Shown piece after piece: positions 19,127-28,199 of a DNA stretch of 64,000 nt. The stretch lies in contig QBVC01000008.1 of the NCBI GenBank assembly GCA_003058495.1, positions 19,164-83,163 on the forward strand. The letters run 5' to 3'. Every line of letters starts with the position of its first letter. Position 1 is the stretch's first letter. The notes beneath the pieces were generated by a model, which saw only the letters and a program-made list of their open reading frames with translations, was not told the origin of the DNA and ran no database searches. This DNA comes from a gamma proteobacterium symbiont of Ctena orbiculata. GTDB lineage: Bacteria > Pseudomonadota > Gammaproteobacteria > Chromatiales > Chromatiaceae. Position numbers and translations under genes: made by a program.

Positions 19127-20053
19127 CTACATGGATTGAAAGTTACGCAGCCTCAGGCGGCTCTTCTTGTCGTCCGGATCGAACTTGAGGGCATACTCCC
19201 AATACTTTATCGCATGCTCAGGCTCATTGCGGGAACTCCTCACCCCTTTGAGGTAGAGCGCCCTGCCATACGCCTTGCGCTGTTGCTGAATTTTATCAAG
19301 CCTGTCGGCATCGCTGGTGAAAACGCGCTCCGCCCGTTGCAGATAGTCCAGGGCATCCTTGTAGTTTTCCGCATCGAAAGCGGCGCCTGCCTGATCGAGA
19401 AGAATCTTCGAGAGAAGATCACGCACCTCCCTGTCCTTGGGGAATTTCTTTAAATGCGTCTCGATCTCCTTGAGATATTCCCCTAGGTTTGCCTGCCTCC
19501 CTTCCGCCTGCAGTATCTCCTGACGCGAGTAGATATAGGCCTCTTCGTGAAAACCCTTGGCCAGCTTTTTCTTTTTTGTTCTATTGTTGTAATTGCTGTT
19601 TGAACGCGCAACCTTCTTTTTCATTGCTGCCTTGGATGCCCGCTTGTCGAGTTCCCGCATGGCCTCTAGCGCCGATTTGTGCTTTGGATTGAGACTGAGG
19701 GCTTTTAGGTAGTAGCGCCGAGCCTTGGTTAACCGGCCCTGGCTGACGGCCTGCTTTCCCTGCCTCATCATTTTCTCGCTTTGCCGGTTTATCTTCGCTT
19801 CAACACGCTTGATCGCGGCGTTGATCTTGCTATCCCGTCGCGATACTGTCCTCGCCACCTTGAGATTGTACAGGGCGCCTTGCAGATCACCCTTTTTCTC
19901 CCGGGCTTCGGCGCTACGCAACCAGGTGGCCGGTCTGCCATAGTCGCCCGATATCACGCCCTTGGCCGACTGGGTGGATGAACAACCGCTGCCAAGCACC
20001 AGCAGCAATATGCCAAGTAGACTGAATAGCGACGCCGGTGGACGCATCATCAA
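19127..20053 (-). CDS. TPR-repeat lipoprotein
   Basis: Signal peptide ending LGSGC; TPR-like units (YLKALSLNPKH, YWEYALKFDPDD); Lys-rich linker; start overlaps the deacetylase stop. Confidence 0.75.
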   Translation of the reverse strand: MMMRPPASLFSLLGILLLVLGSGCSSTQSAKGVISGDYGRPATWLRSAEAREKKGDLQGALYNLKVARTVSRRDSKINAAIKRVEAKINRQSEKMMRQGKQAVSQGRLTKARRYYLKALSLNPKHKSALEAMRELDKRASKAAMKKKVARSNSNYNNRTKKKKLAKGFHEEAYIYSRQEILQAEGRQANLGEYLKEIETHLKKFPKDREVRDLLSKILLDQAGAAFDAENYKDALDYLQRAERVFTSDADRLDKIQQQRKAYGRALYLKGVRSSRNEPEHAIKYWEYALKFDPDDKKSRLRLRNFQSM

Positions 20054-21036
20054 CGCAATGCCTTGAAGGTCACCAGGCTCTTCTTGAATGCCTGCATGTC
20101 CCTGTCGCCAAAGATCATGGTGCGGTGAAGAAGATAGGGGTAGCTGAAGGCGGCATTGGATTGCCGCTGCACGGTCAATCCCAACAACAAGCCGTTCGCC
20201 TGCAGCTGTTCGATCACCAGATCATTGCTGTCACCGAACGGGTAGGCGTAATAGAGCGGTCTCTCCCCCAGGTACTTCACCAATCTCTCATTCGGTATCG
20301 AGATCTCCTGGCGCACCCTGCGTCGATATTGGCCGGGGCTCTCACCCGCCTGCCTGACAGTCAGGTTGCTGTGGGTCTTGGAGTGGGGCTGGATATTGAT
20401 CAAGCCGCTTTTTATCATGGCGTCGAGTTCTTGTGTCTTCAGGCCGCCGTTGTTTAGGTAGTCGCTGTAGACAAACACGGTAGCGGGATAACCATACTCC
20501 TTGAGAATGGGGAAGGCCTCTTTGTAGATAGAGCGGTGGCCATCATCGATGGTCAACACCACGGCACGTTTTGGCAGTTGTTTTTCCCCCTTGAGAAATC
20601 CGACCAGGTCGCTCAGCGGTATCACCCGATAGTCATTTTTATCCAGGTACTCCATCTGCTTTCTGAACATCGCCGGCGTCACTTCCATGCGGTCGCTGCG
20701 CCTGCCGAAACGGTGATAGCAGAGGATAGGTACAGTCTGGTAGCCTTTGTATTCGATCCCGGTCGGATTCTCCATCTTCAACGGAATGACAATCTCACGG
20801 CCTTCGGCCACCGGATTGGGATGATTGGCATCCTCGATCAACCAATACAGGCTCTCATCACGGAGGTAACGCCTGGCCAGCGAGCGCGCATCATCGCTAC
20901 CGACGCGCAGAACGATGAAATCCCTGTCTTTCGCGATAACCTGGCTGCCGGAGGAACGAAGCACGGGAGAGGAACAAGCGGTAAACAGCAATGCAAAAAT
21001 GATCAGTGGCGTGATTTTCGTCAACAGTGCTCGCAT
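20050..21036 (-). CDS. Polysaccharide deacetylase (CE4/NodB) lipoprotein with degenerate LysM-like N-domain
   Basis: Lipobox LFTAC; SLARRYLRDESLYWLIEDAN..GREIVIP (LysM-like); CE4 motifs TIDDGH, HSKTH, YAYPFG. ATG 21036 gives a canonical signal peptide. Confidence 0.85.
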   Translation of the reverse strand: MRALLTKITPLIIFALLFTACSSPVLRSSGSQVIAKDRDFIVLRVGSDDARSLARRYLRDESLYWLIEDANHPNPVAEGREIVIPLKMENPTGIEYKGYQTVPILCYHRFGRRSDRMEVTPAMFRKQMEYLDKNDYRVIPLSDLVGFLKGEKQLPKRAVVLTIDDGHRSIYKEAFPILKEYGYPATVFVYSDYLNNGGLKTQELDAMIKSGLINIQPHSKTHSNLTVRQAGESPGQYRRRVRQEISIPNERLVKYLGERPLYYAYPFGDSNDLVIEQLQANGLLLGLTVQRQSNAAFSYPYLLHRTMIFGDRDMQAFKKSLVTFKALR

Positions 21037-21120
21037 TGAGGTATACCTCGGCATTTGCGGTTGCAAACCTCCTGTATTGACAACTCCCAGGTTCCTTTCA
21101 TTGAAGATGCCAACAGACAA

Positions 21121-22908
21121 CTAGGTGTTGTTCTGCTTGGGCGGCATGATTCTTGTGGCATCATCGAACTCAGGGTCCGGCGCACTGAGTTCCTGTTCAT
21201 CCTGTGCCGGCGCCGGGGACGCTTGGATCTCCTGCTCATGCGCCATGTTGGTGGTATCGTCATCCCCATCGGTGATCTGCGTTACGGTCTGCTGCTGCAG
21301 CTGATGCTGGCACTCATCGCGCTGTTTCAGAAGCGTATCCGCCATTCTGTTGTATTCCGAAAAGAGCAATCCCAGTTCATCGTTTCGCTCCTTGTGGATC
21401 CGGTATCCCAGATTGCCATGATGCACATGGGCGATGGCCCGCCTGAGGATTCTTATCGGCACGGTAATACCGGTTGCCAGCAGATAAGCGACGATAACGA
21501 CCGTCAACACCACCGCAACCAGCAATCCCAGCATGGTGTAGAAAGTAAGGTCGGCTGCGGCGATAAGGGGTGTCTGGGAGAGGCCAAGCTGAACCATGCC
21601 GACCTGCTTTTTTTGGAAAACCAGAGGCGCCTGAAAATCGAACACCATCTCATCGTTCAGCTCTTTTTCTGATATCACCATGCCTTCGTCTTCGCGCAAC
21701 AGCTTCATCCCCTCCGCCGCCTCCTGTTTTTTGCCGACCTCTTCAATAGAGGTGCTGGCGCGCAGAACCTGCTTGTGATCGACAATCTTCAGGTAGCTGA
21801 TCTGTTGCCGCTGCTTGATCTCATGGACAAACGTCTCCAGCGCCACCCAGTCCTGGATCAATACCGCCTCGACGCTCTCCACCGCGATGAATTCCGCCAG
21901 CGAGCCCCCTGAATCCAGGGCCAGCTCGATCATCGCATCCACCTGTTTTCGATAAACCAGGTAGGACCCTAGAATCATCGCAATCGAGACCACGGCCGCC
22001 ATCACGGCGGTCCATTTGATACGCAGCGGCAGGATCTTCGATTCGCTGAGATGCTGCTGCTTCTCATCGATTTCGTGGACCACGCTGCGCAGTTCCGATG
22101 CAACCTCCTTGCCTGTCTGAAAGCGCTGCTCGGGTTTCTTGTTGAGCAGTTTTTCGACGATCTTTATCAGGCTGTGGGGGATCTCACCCTTCTTGTCCTT
22201 GATCGGCGCAGGATCCTCCTGCACGATCTTCATCAACAGCGAGGTGAGGGTCTCGGAGACAAATGGCTTCTCCCCGGTAATCAGCTGATAGAGAATGACA
22301 CCGAGGGAGAAGAGGTCGGAGCGTCCATCGACGGGAAAACCCTCGACCTGCTCGGGGGACATATACTGCGGGGTACCCAGGACCGCCCCCATCCGGGTGC
22401 GGTGCTCCTTGTTGGGTGAGTCCACATGGGCGATGCCGAAGTCGGTGATGCGGATGGTGTGGCCGTCGTCCGGGGAGATGATGTTGCCCGGTTTCACATC
22501 CCGGTGGACGATCCCGCGGTTGTGGGAGTAGTCCAGGGCCTCCGCCAATTGAATGCCGTAGACCACCGCCTCTCTGATGGAGATGGGGGCTTTGGATTCC
22601 ATCATCTCCTCGAGCGTCCTGCCCTCGAGGAATTCCATCGCTATGTAGGGCCCCTGCTCGACCTCCCCGACATCGAAAATGGTGACGATATTGGGATGGG
22701 TGAGCTTTCCCGCGGCCTTCGCCTCCTGCAGGAAGCGGTAGCGATACTCCGGATCCGTGGCAACCTCCCCGCGCAGGAGTTTGATCGCCAGGGTGCGGTT
22801 GATCTCGGGGTCGAAAGCCTTGTAGACAATTGACATCGCCCCCTCGCCGATCTCCTCGATGAGATTGAATCGGCCTATGGTATCCGGCATGGGCTGTTGG
22901 TTCTCCAA
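21121..22908 (-). CDS. Membrane Ser/Thr protein kinase (Hanks type) with periplasmic domain and HAMP; PpkA-like candidate
   Basis: GEGAMSIVY, AIK, HRDVKPGN, DFGIA, GTPQYMSPEQ all intact; TM-periplasmic-TM; HAMP (PIRILRRAI..RNDELGLLFSEYNRM); acidic tail. Confidence 0.93.
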   Translation of the reverse strand: MENQQPMPDTIGRFNLIEEIGEGAMSIVYKAFDPEINRTLAIKLLRGEVATDPEYRYRFLQEAKAAGKLTHPNIVTIFDVGEVEQGPYIAMEFLEGRTLEEMMESKAPISIREAVVYGIQLAEALDYSHNRGIVHRDVKPGNIISPDDGHTIRITDFGIAHVDSPNKEHRTRMGAVLGTPQYMSPEQVEGFPVDGRSDLFSLGVILYQLITGEKPFVSETLTSLLMKIVQEDPAPIKDKKGEIPHSLIKIVEKLLNKKPEQRFQTGKEVASELRSVVHEIDEKQQHLSESKILPLRIKWTAVMAAVVSIAMILGSYLVYRKQVDAMIELALDSGGSLAEFIAVESVEAVLIQDWVALETFVHEIKQRQQISYLKIVDHKQVLRASTSIEEVGKKQEAAEGMKLLREDEGMVISEKELNDEMVFDFQAPLVFQKKQVGMVQLGLSQTPLIAAADLTFYTMLGLLVAVVLTVVIVAYLLATGITVPIRILRRAIAHVHHGNLGYRIHKERNDELGLLFSEYNRMADTLLKQRDECQHQLQQQTVTQITDGDDDTTNMAHEQEIQASPAPAQDEQELSAPDPEFDDATRIMPPKQNNT

Positions 22909-23130
22909 ATCCCTTCTCCTACCTTACTACGCTGTCCGGGACATGCAGATCTGTCTCGAAACGTGCATATTTTCATGTCTCGTCTATGCTACCCCTGATA
23001 GAGTGTAGCAAATGGTGTTAATTTAAAGAAAATTGTATTGACGATCTGAGCGCCATTGATTAGCGTTCATGGAGTAGCGGAAAATCCACCCGACAGATGG
23101 ACTGGACAGACAAAAACAGCAGGCAAGCAG

Positions 23131-23922
23131 ATGAACGAAACCTTCGATATCCCAAGAATCCTTGAATTACGCAAACTGACAAGGTCAATATCGGAAAAGA
23201 TCGAAACCGACTTAAGTGGCTACTTAACCACCCTTGCCCCAATCTTCTCGCCCGCACCGATCCTGGGTGAGTATGTCCGGGGCGGCTCCAAGGCACCTGT
23301 GAAGGGAGCGGAAATCGCTTTTCGCGACCTGAAGAACCGGTATCAAACCATCGCCGGAAAAAAACCGTTTCTGCTGGAGAGAGAGCTCTCCACCCCGCTG
23401 GATGTCTTCGCGGCCACGCCGACCCTGACCGCCGTGGAGTACCCCTATAGCGCGGAACAGGGGAGCAAGTCCGCATCGCTCACGGTGACATCCCCATTGA
23501 AGTGGTATCTCTCCTATCCGGACCAGCACCCTAAAAAGCTGCTGGAAATGCTCGGGGGCAATCGCAACCAGCTGAAAGATGAATTATCCCATGCCTTGCT
23601 GCAGTGCCTGACACTGAGCCTGGTGCTGGAGAAGCGCCCAGGACTCGCAAGCATACTCCAAGGCCTGCGCTTCGAGCTGCAGACAAGCCATCATGAGGGG
23701 CTGGGCGAACTGCCGGTGGTTATGATCTCCTGCCCCCTGAAGACCCTGTTGCCGCCTGACGACATCATTATTCAAAATACCGAGATCTCCGGTATTCCAT
23801 CCTTCGAAGAGATCATCAATATCAACGATATCCGGGAACTCTCCGATCCCATGCAGCAAGGCATCCTTGCGATCACGAAAGAGGTCTCGCCAGCGATCTA
23901 CCGGGAGATCGCTGCTGCTTGA
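23131..23922 (+). CDS. Hypothetical protein divergent from the kinase
   Basis: 263-aa soluble-looking ORF (MNETFDIPRILELRKLTR...); no family recognised with certainty. Confidence 0.7.
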   Translation: MNETFDIPRILELRKLTRSISEKIETDLSGYLTTLAPIFSPAPILGEYVRGGSKAPVKGAEIAFRDLKNRYQTIAGKKPFLLERELSTPLDVFAATPTLTAVEYPYSAEQGSKSASLTVTSPLKWYLSYPDQHPKKLLEMLGGNRNQLKDELSHALLQCLTLSLVLEKRPGLASILQGLRFELQTSHHEGLGELPVVMISCPLKTLLPPDDIIIQNTEISGIPSFEEIININDIRELSDPMQQGILAITKEVSPAIYREIAAA

Positions 23923-24073
23923 AACTCCAACCGGTTTCATGGCTCAAGCCGTACAGAGATGATAGCCGGAGAAGTAACTTTAACAATTCAGGGTTTTTCA
24001 CGCTCACGGTTGTCAATACAATCACCCTGTTCAGTATTGATGACTCTCTTTAGATCAAGAATAGGAAATACAC

Positions 24074-24574
24074 ATGGCTACAATCACCCTTGAAGGCAAT
24101 CAAATCAACACCAATGGCGACCTCCCTGCCGTGGGCTCGGATGCGCCCGATTTCTCCCTGGCCGCTGCCGACCTTTCAGATGTCTCTTTAAGTAACTATG
24201 CAGGCAAGAGGAAACTGCTCAACATCGTACCGAGCCTCGATACGGGTGTCTGCGCGACTTCAACTGTCAAATTCAATCAGGCAATGGGCGATAAGGGCAA
24301 TTCAGTCGCACTGGTGATCTCGGCGGATCTCCCTTTTGCCCAGGGACGTTTCTGCAGCGCCGAGGGAATCGATAATGTCGTCTCGCTGTCGATGATGCGC
24401 AACCGAAATTTCGCAAAGGATTATGGCGTCCTGATAACCGACGGCCCATTGGCCGGTATCTGCGCCCGAGCCGTGGTGGTTCTGGATGAGAACAATAAGG
24501 TCCTCTATACCCAGTTGGTGCCGGAAATCGTACAGGAACCCGACTACGATCAGGCCCTGGCCCATCTCAACTAA
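24074..24574 (+). CDS. tpx: Thiol peroxidase Tpx
   Basis: [12 protein letters not shown] and [13 protein letters not shown] motifs. Confidence 0.97.
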   Translation: MATITLEGNQINTNGDLPAVGSDAPDFSLAAADLSDVSLSNYAGKRKLLNIVPSLDTGVCATSTVKFNQAMGDKGNSVALVISADLPFAQGRFCSAEGIDNVVSLSMMRNRNFAKDYGVLITDGPLAGICARAVVVLDENNKVLYTQLVPEIVQEPDYDQALAHLN

Positions 24575-24575
24575 T

Positions 24576-24606
24576 AAAAAAAACCCCGGTGCTGATACCG
24601 GGGTTT
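24576..24606 (-). terminator. Intrinsic terminator between convergent tpx and downstream gene (possibly bidirectional)
   Basis: 10-bp stem AAACCCCGGT/ACCGGGGTTT with 6-nt loop, flanked by an A-run that reads as a U-run on the minus strand. Confidence 0.85.
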
Positions 24607-24649
24607 GTCTTCACCATGACTACGGGCGCCAGGCGCCCGCTTTCATTTT

Positions 24650-25756
24650 TCAGCGCGGGTAGTAAGGAGTATAGCCTTGCTGCGACGGGGGGTAGCCGCC
24701 ATAGGGCGTATAGCCCCTGCCAGGCCATGCCGGACGCGGTGGCGGGGAAGCCATGGCTTCCTGTAGCTCGCGCTCGGCCTGCATCAGGTTCCGCATCGCC
24801 TCCATCTCCGCCCTCGCGGCGTCCCGGAGCTCATCAAACTCCTTGAGGATCTTACTCACCGACTCCGCATGCAGATCGCGGATGGACTGGGGCACCTGCT
24901 GATCTCCAGTTGCCGGGGCCGCGCCCTGAGCGGCATCCGCTGTTGTCTCAGCTCCAGCTGCAGCCGTCGTCTGCCCGGAGGATTGATCGGAACCGGATGC
25001 GGTCTCGGTCGCGGCTGCAGCCTGCTCCTCGTCGACAGCCGGCGCCGACACCATCGGGGCCTGCTGTTCCACTTCGCTGACACTGGCAGCGGATCCAGCA
25101 CCAGCCTCCGCCGCTGCTTCAGCCGCCGTTTCCGCATCATCTCGCGCTGTAGCGCTCTGTTCCGCCGCGCCCTCCTCCGCTGCTGTTGCGGGTGCCGTGG
25201 ATGCACTCTCAACGACCTCCTGCTCCACCGCGCTCGTCGAGGCGGTGTCCTCCGCTTGCGGGTTTTTGGCCAACGATCTGATGTACATGAAGGCCAGTAT
25301 GATGATGACGAGCCAGAAAATGACTTTTAACCCGAAGCCACCTGCGCCCTTAGATTGAGTTGTCATCGAGGAATCCTCCGCTGTTGTTTCTTTTTTAAGC
25401 TCAGTACGAACAACGACATTCGAAGTGTCCGGCTTGCCAGCGGTCGATGCGGCGACTTTTGCCGGCGCCGGTTTCGCGGCCATGGCGCTTGCGGCTGCGA
25501 CGGCCGTCGGGGTCGCCGACTTCGATTCCGTCTTGGCGGCGGAAACGGGAGGCGTCTTCGCCGAAGCGGCCGCTGCGGGAGTTTTCACCGCCGCCGCACT
25601 CTTTTTTGCCGCAACCTTTTTCTTCGTCGTTGCCTTTTTCTTTGCAACCTTCTTTTTTGCGCTCTTTTTCTTGGCAACCTTCTTCTTGACTGCCGCTGTC
25701 TCTGTCGCCGGTTCCTTCCCTGCCTTGTCATCTGTATTGGTTGTCTCATCAGCCAT
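24650..25756 (-). CDS. Low-complexity single-TM protein: Lys/Ala-rich N-terminus, acidic Ala-rich domain, Pro/Gly/Tyr tail
   Basis: KKKVAKKK repeats, TM FGLKVIFWLVIIILAFMYI, coiled-coil-like segment, PPRPAWPGRGYTPYGGYPP tail; ends just before a terminator. Confidence 0.75.
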   Translation of the reverse strand: MADETTNTDDKAGKEPATETAAVKKKVAKKKSAKKKVAKKKATTKKKVAAKKSAAAVKTPAAAASAKTPPVSAAKTESKSATPTAVAAASAMAAKPAPAKVAASTAGKPDTSNVVVRTELKKETTAEDSSMTTQSKGAGGFGLKVIFWLVIIILAFMYIRSLAKNPQAEDTASTSAVEQEVVESASTAPATAAEEGAAEQSATARDDAETAAEAAAEAGAGSAASVSEVEQQAPMVSAPAVDEEQAAAATETASGSDQSSGQTTAAAGAETTADAAQGAAPATGDQQVPQSIRDLHAESVSKILKEFDELRDAARAEMEAMRNLMQAERELQEAMASPPPRPAWPGRGYTPYGGYPPSQQGYTPYYPR

Positions 25757-25838
25757 TATAATTCCCCTCTGGCATGCATTTTATGTCGCAACTATTGTAA
25801 CCCAATCCACGATTGGGTCTCAAAAACTATCTAGCGAA

Positions 25839-26103
25839 TTAGTTATTTAGCACTAATCGACTGGCAACCCAGGCCAGCCCAGAGTCTTGCGGGTCAATGA
25901 TCCTCTACCAATCTCCCTGGCGATCCATGACGATCGGGGATTGTCCCATGCCGAGCTGTTCGAAAACAACACTATCGACACTTGGCCCGGAGCGCAAATT
26001 AATCCTCCCCCCGGAGACGGTGACCCGATCCCCAAGCCAGGGCCCCGGTAAAAAGCTCGCCAATCAGAGAGCGTACCACCGGTTCGTTATCGCGAAGTTT
26101 CAT
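25839..26103 (-). pseudogene. Disrupted bacterial SH3 (SH3_3-like) domain gene
   Basis: One minus frame reads VTVSGGRINLRSGPSVDSVVFEQLGMGQSPIVMDRQGDW*RIIDPQDSGLAWVASRLV. Internal TAG at 25907-25905, TGA at 26066-26064, and ATG 26103 is out of frame. Confidence 0.65.
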
Positions 26104-26435
26104 CCCGATGATCGCGCGGATATCCGCATCACCCAGGCGAGTGAAATCTATTTGCCCATCGACCAGCCGCTGTGATACCGGCACCCAGGCCTTTGGCATG
26201 GCATCAGCAAACGGAAGCCTGCCCCACTCTCTCCCGGCATCGCCAAAGGCCCCGGCGATAAATTCGCCCCCGCCTGGTTGCCGGCCCGCAATGATGCCAT
26301 GTCCGGTTTGACCGCTGCTCCGTGAAGTGGGCGATCAGAAATTATATTTAACATGAGAAATATTATATTAACTATTGTTTTTTACTTATTATTTTTAGTT
26401 TTTTAATCTATCGGATAACGCCCTCGAACAAGCAC

Positions 26436-27182
26436 TTACCAGGCATCCAGCCTGAGCAGTTCCACGAACAGCGATTTGACCTGTTCCATACCCTTTACCA
26501 GGTTCTTTTCGATCTCACTCATATCGATCGTCGAATCCATTTTTCCCGCAGCCCAGTTGGATATGACGGCACATGACGCATAACAGAGGTTGAACTCTCT
26601 TGCCAAAGCCGCCTCCGGCATCCCTGTCATGCCGACGATATCACACCCATCCCTCTCCATCCTCAGGATCTCGGCGGCCGTCTCCAATCTCGGCCCCTGG
26701 GTCGCGCCGTATGTGCCCCCCGCCACCGGATTCACACTGCTGAGCCGGCCCGCCTCAAGCAGCGCCTGTCGCAATCCCTCGCAATAGGGTTTGGTGAAAT
26801 CGATGTGGGTCACATGGCTCAGATCGTTATCGAAAATGGTGTGGTCGCGGCCGAAGGTATAGTCGATGATCTGGTCGGGAATTACGATACGCCCCGGCGC
26901 CATGGCCGCGCTTATCCCCCCCACCGCCGCGACGCCGAGGATGGTCTGAATGCCCACATGCCGCAACGACCAGAGATTCGCCCGATAGTTGACGAGATGC
27001 GGAGGAATCATATGGGAGGCGCCATGGCGGGGTAGAAACACCACCTGATGCCCGGAGATAGTACCATGAGTCAGCGCCGCCGAAGGTTCGCCGAACGGGG
27101 TGTGGCAGACCTCTCGATGGGTGATCTCCAGGTCCGGGATCTCGTCCAACCCGGTGCCGCCGATGATGGCCAGTTTTGTCAT
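26436..27182 (-). CDS. S-methyl-5'-thioinosine/MTA phosphorylase (PNP/MTAP family)
   Basis: AIIGGTG, PRHG, NYRANLWSL, GPRLETAAEI and GMTGMPEA motifs; SNWAAG suggests the MTI-specific type. Confidence 0.92.
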   Translation of the reverse strand: MTKLAIIGGTGLDEIPDLEITHREVCHTPFGEPSAALTHGTISGHQVVFLPRHGASHMIPPHLVNYRANLWSLRHVGIQTILGVAAVGGISAAMAPGRIVIPDQIIDYTFGRDHTIFDNDLSHVTHIDFTKPYCEGLRQALLEAGRLSSVNPVAGGTYGATQGPRLETAAEILRMERDGCDIVGMTGMPEAALAREFNLCYASCAVISNWAAGKMDSTIDMSEIEKNLVKGMEQVKSLFVELLRLDAW

Positions 27183-27474
27183 TATTGAATGCTGTATCGC
27201 TTCCTGATCAAGCCTGCATTGTACATCGAGCGATTAAGTAAAAAAACGCCGGCGGGGCAGACAAAGGCAAAGTCGAGCGGATAGGAGAACAGCACTGCAT
27301 ATCCATCCTTGGTAGGCTCTCACTTCATCTCCACATGGGCTGCCGCCAAACGGGATGAATCGGATCCGATTCGGGGAGGTAGCATAGTTCTTCCATGGAC
27401 AGGATGCCATGCGAGAAAAGGGCAGACATACACGAGCGGATTCAGTGCGAGATCAGGCTGGCTGTCGCGGCGGC

Positions 27475-27503
27475 AAAAAAAAAGGGGCGAACCAATCACC
27501 CCC
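27475..27503 (-). terminator. Intrinsic terminator of the hemerythrin gene
   Basis: Minus strand GGGGTGA-TTGGT-TCGCCCC followed by T9. Confidence 0.8.
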
Positions 27504-27535
27504 TCCAGAGTCTCCTCCAATTATCCTGATAGATC

Positions 27536-27976
27536 TTATACAGCCCGGGCAAAGACCCCTGACTTTTCTAGTGTTGGAATCAGGATCGTCTCTTCGCGCT
27601 GTATGCGGTCCTCGATCATGTCAAAGATCTCGAATGTATCGGCGATAAACTCATCGGTGAAGTTAAAGTCACAGTTTTTAAGCCAGCGGCCTTGGTACTG
27701 CTCGAACTGCTTTCGCATCGGTTTCTGGCCATTCAGGAATCCCCACGCCATCGACTTCAGCTTCGGGTCATGATGAGTCAGCAAATCTGGGTAGATACCT
27801 CTATCCTGCTCGGACATGTGGAGCTTCATCTTATCTGCAAGATCACAGATCATCTTGTGAGCCGTCATCGCGTTCGGACGTATACTCAACTGCTCCCTGG
27901 TCATCATAGCCCGTAGATCACTGATGATTTCCTGCATATCAGTATGACTGCCTTTCAGGCTTTCTAAATTAGTCAC
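27536..27976 (-). CDS. Hemerythrin/HHE cation-binding domain protein
   Basis: H..., LHMSEQDRGIYP and RIQREETILIP pattern of the four-helix HHE family. Confidence 0.7.
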   Translation of the reverse strand: MTNLESLKGSHTDMQEIISDLRAMMTREQLSIRPNAMTAHKMICDLADKMKLHMSEQDRGIYPDLLTHHDPKLKSMAWGFLNGQKPMRKQFEQYQGRWLKNCDFNFTDEFIADTFEIFDMIEDRIQREETILIPTLEKSGVFARAV

Positions 27977-28199
27977 GTTCCACCCTCCATTTAATCGTTA
28001 GCCCCCTGCCCTGTGTCACAGGTACAAGCAACGCCTAAAACAAAATACGCCACCCGATCTTCGTCGGATTGGGCATACTACACTCAAGCTTGCACCATTA
28101 CTTGAGAAATGGCAATAGATACAGGTCATTAGAAGCTTATTATTCCAAACCTCAGGGGGATTACCCTTTAGTGTAAAGATCGCGAGTTAGGGTAATTAC

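Noticed and set aside
25897-26354. Short ORFs listed by the track in this interval
   Set aside because: Better explained as alternative frames over the SH3 pseudogene and its upstream region.
27309-27773. ORFs of 66-154 aa between the phosphorylase and hemerythrin genes
   Set aside because: They overlap the hemerythrin gene or its terminator and show no recognisable motifs.
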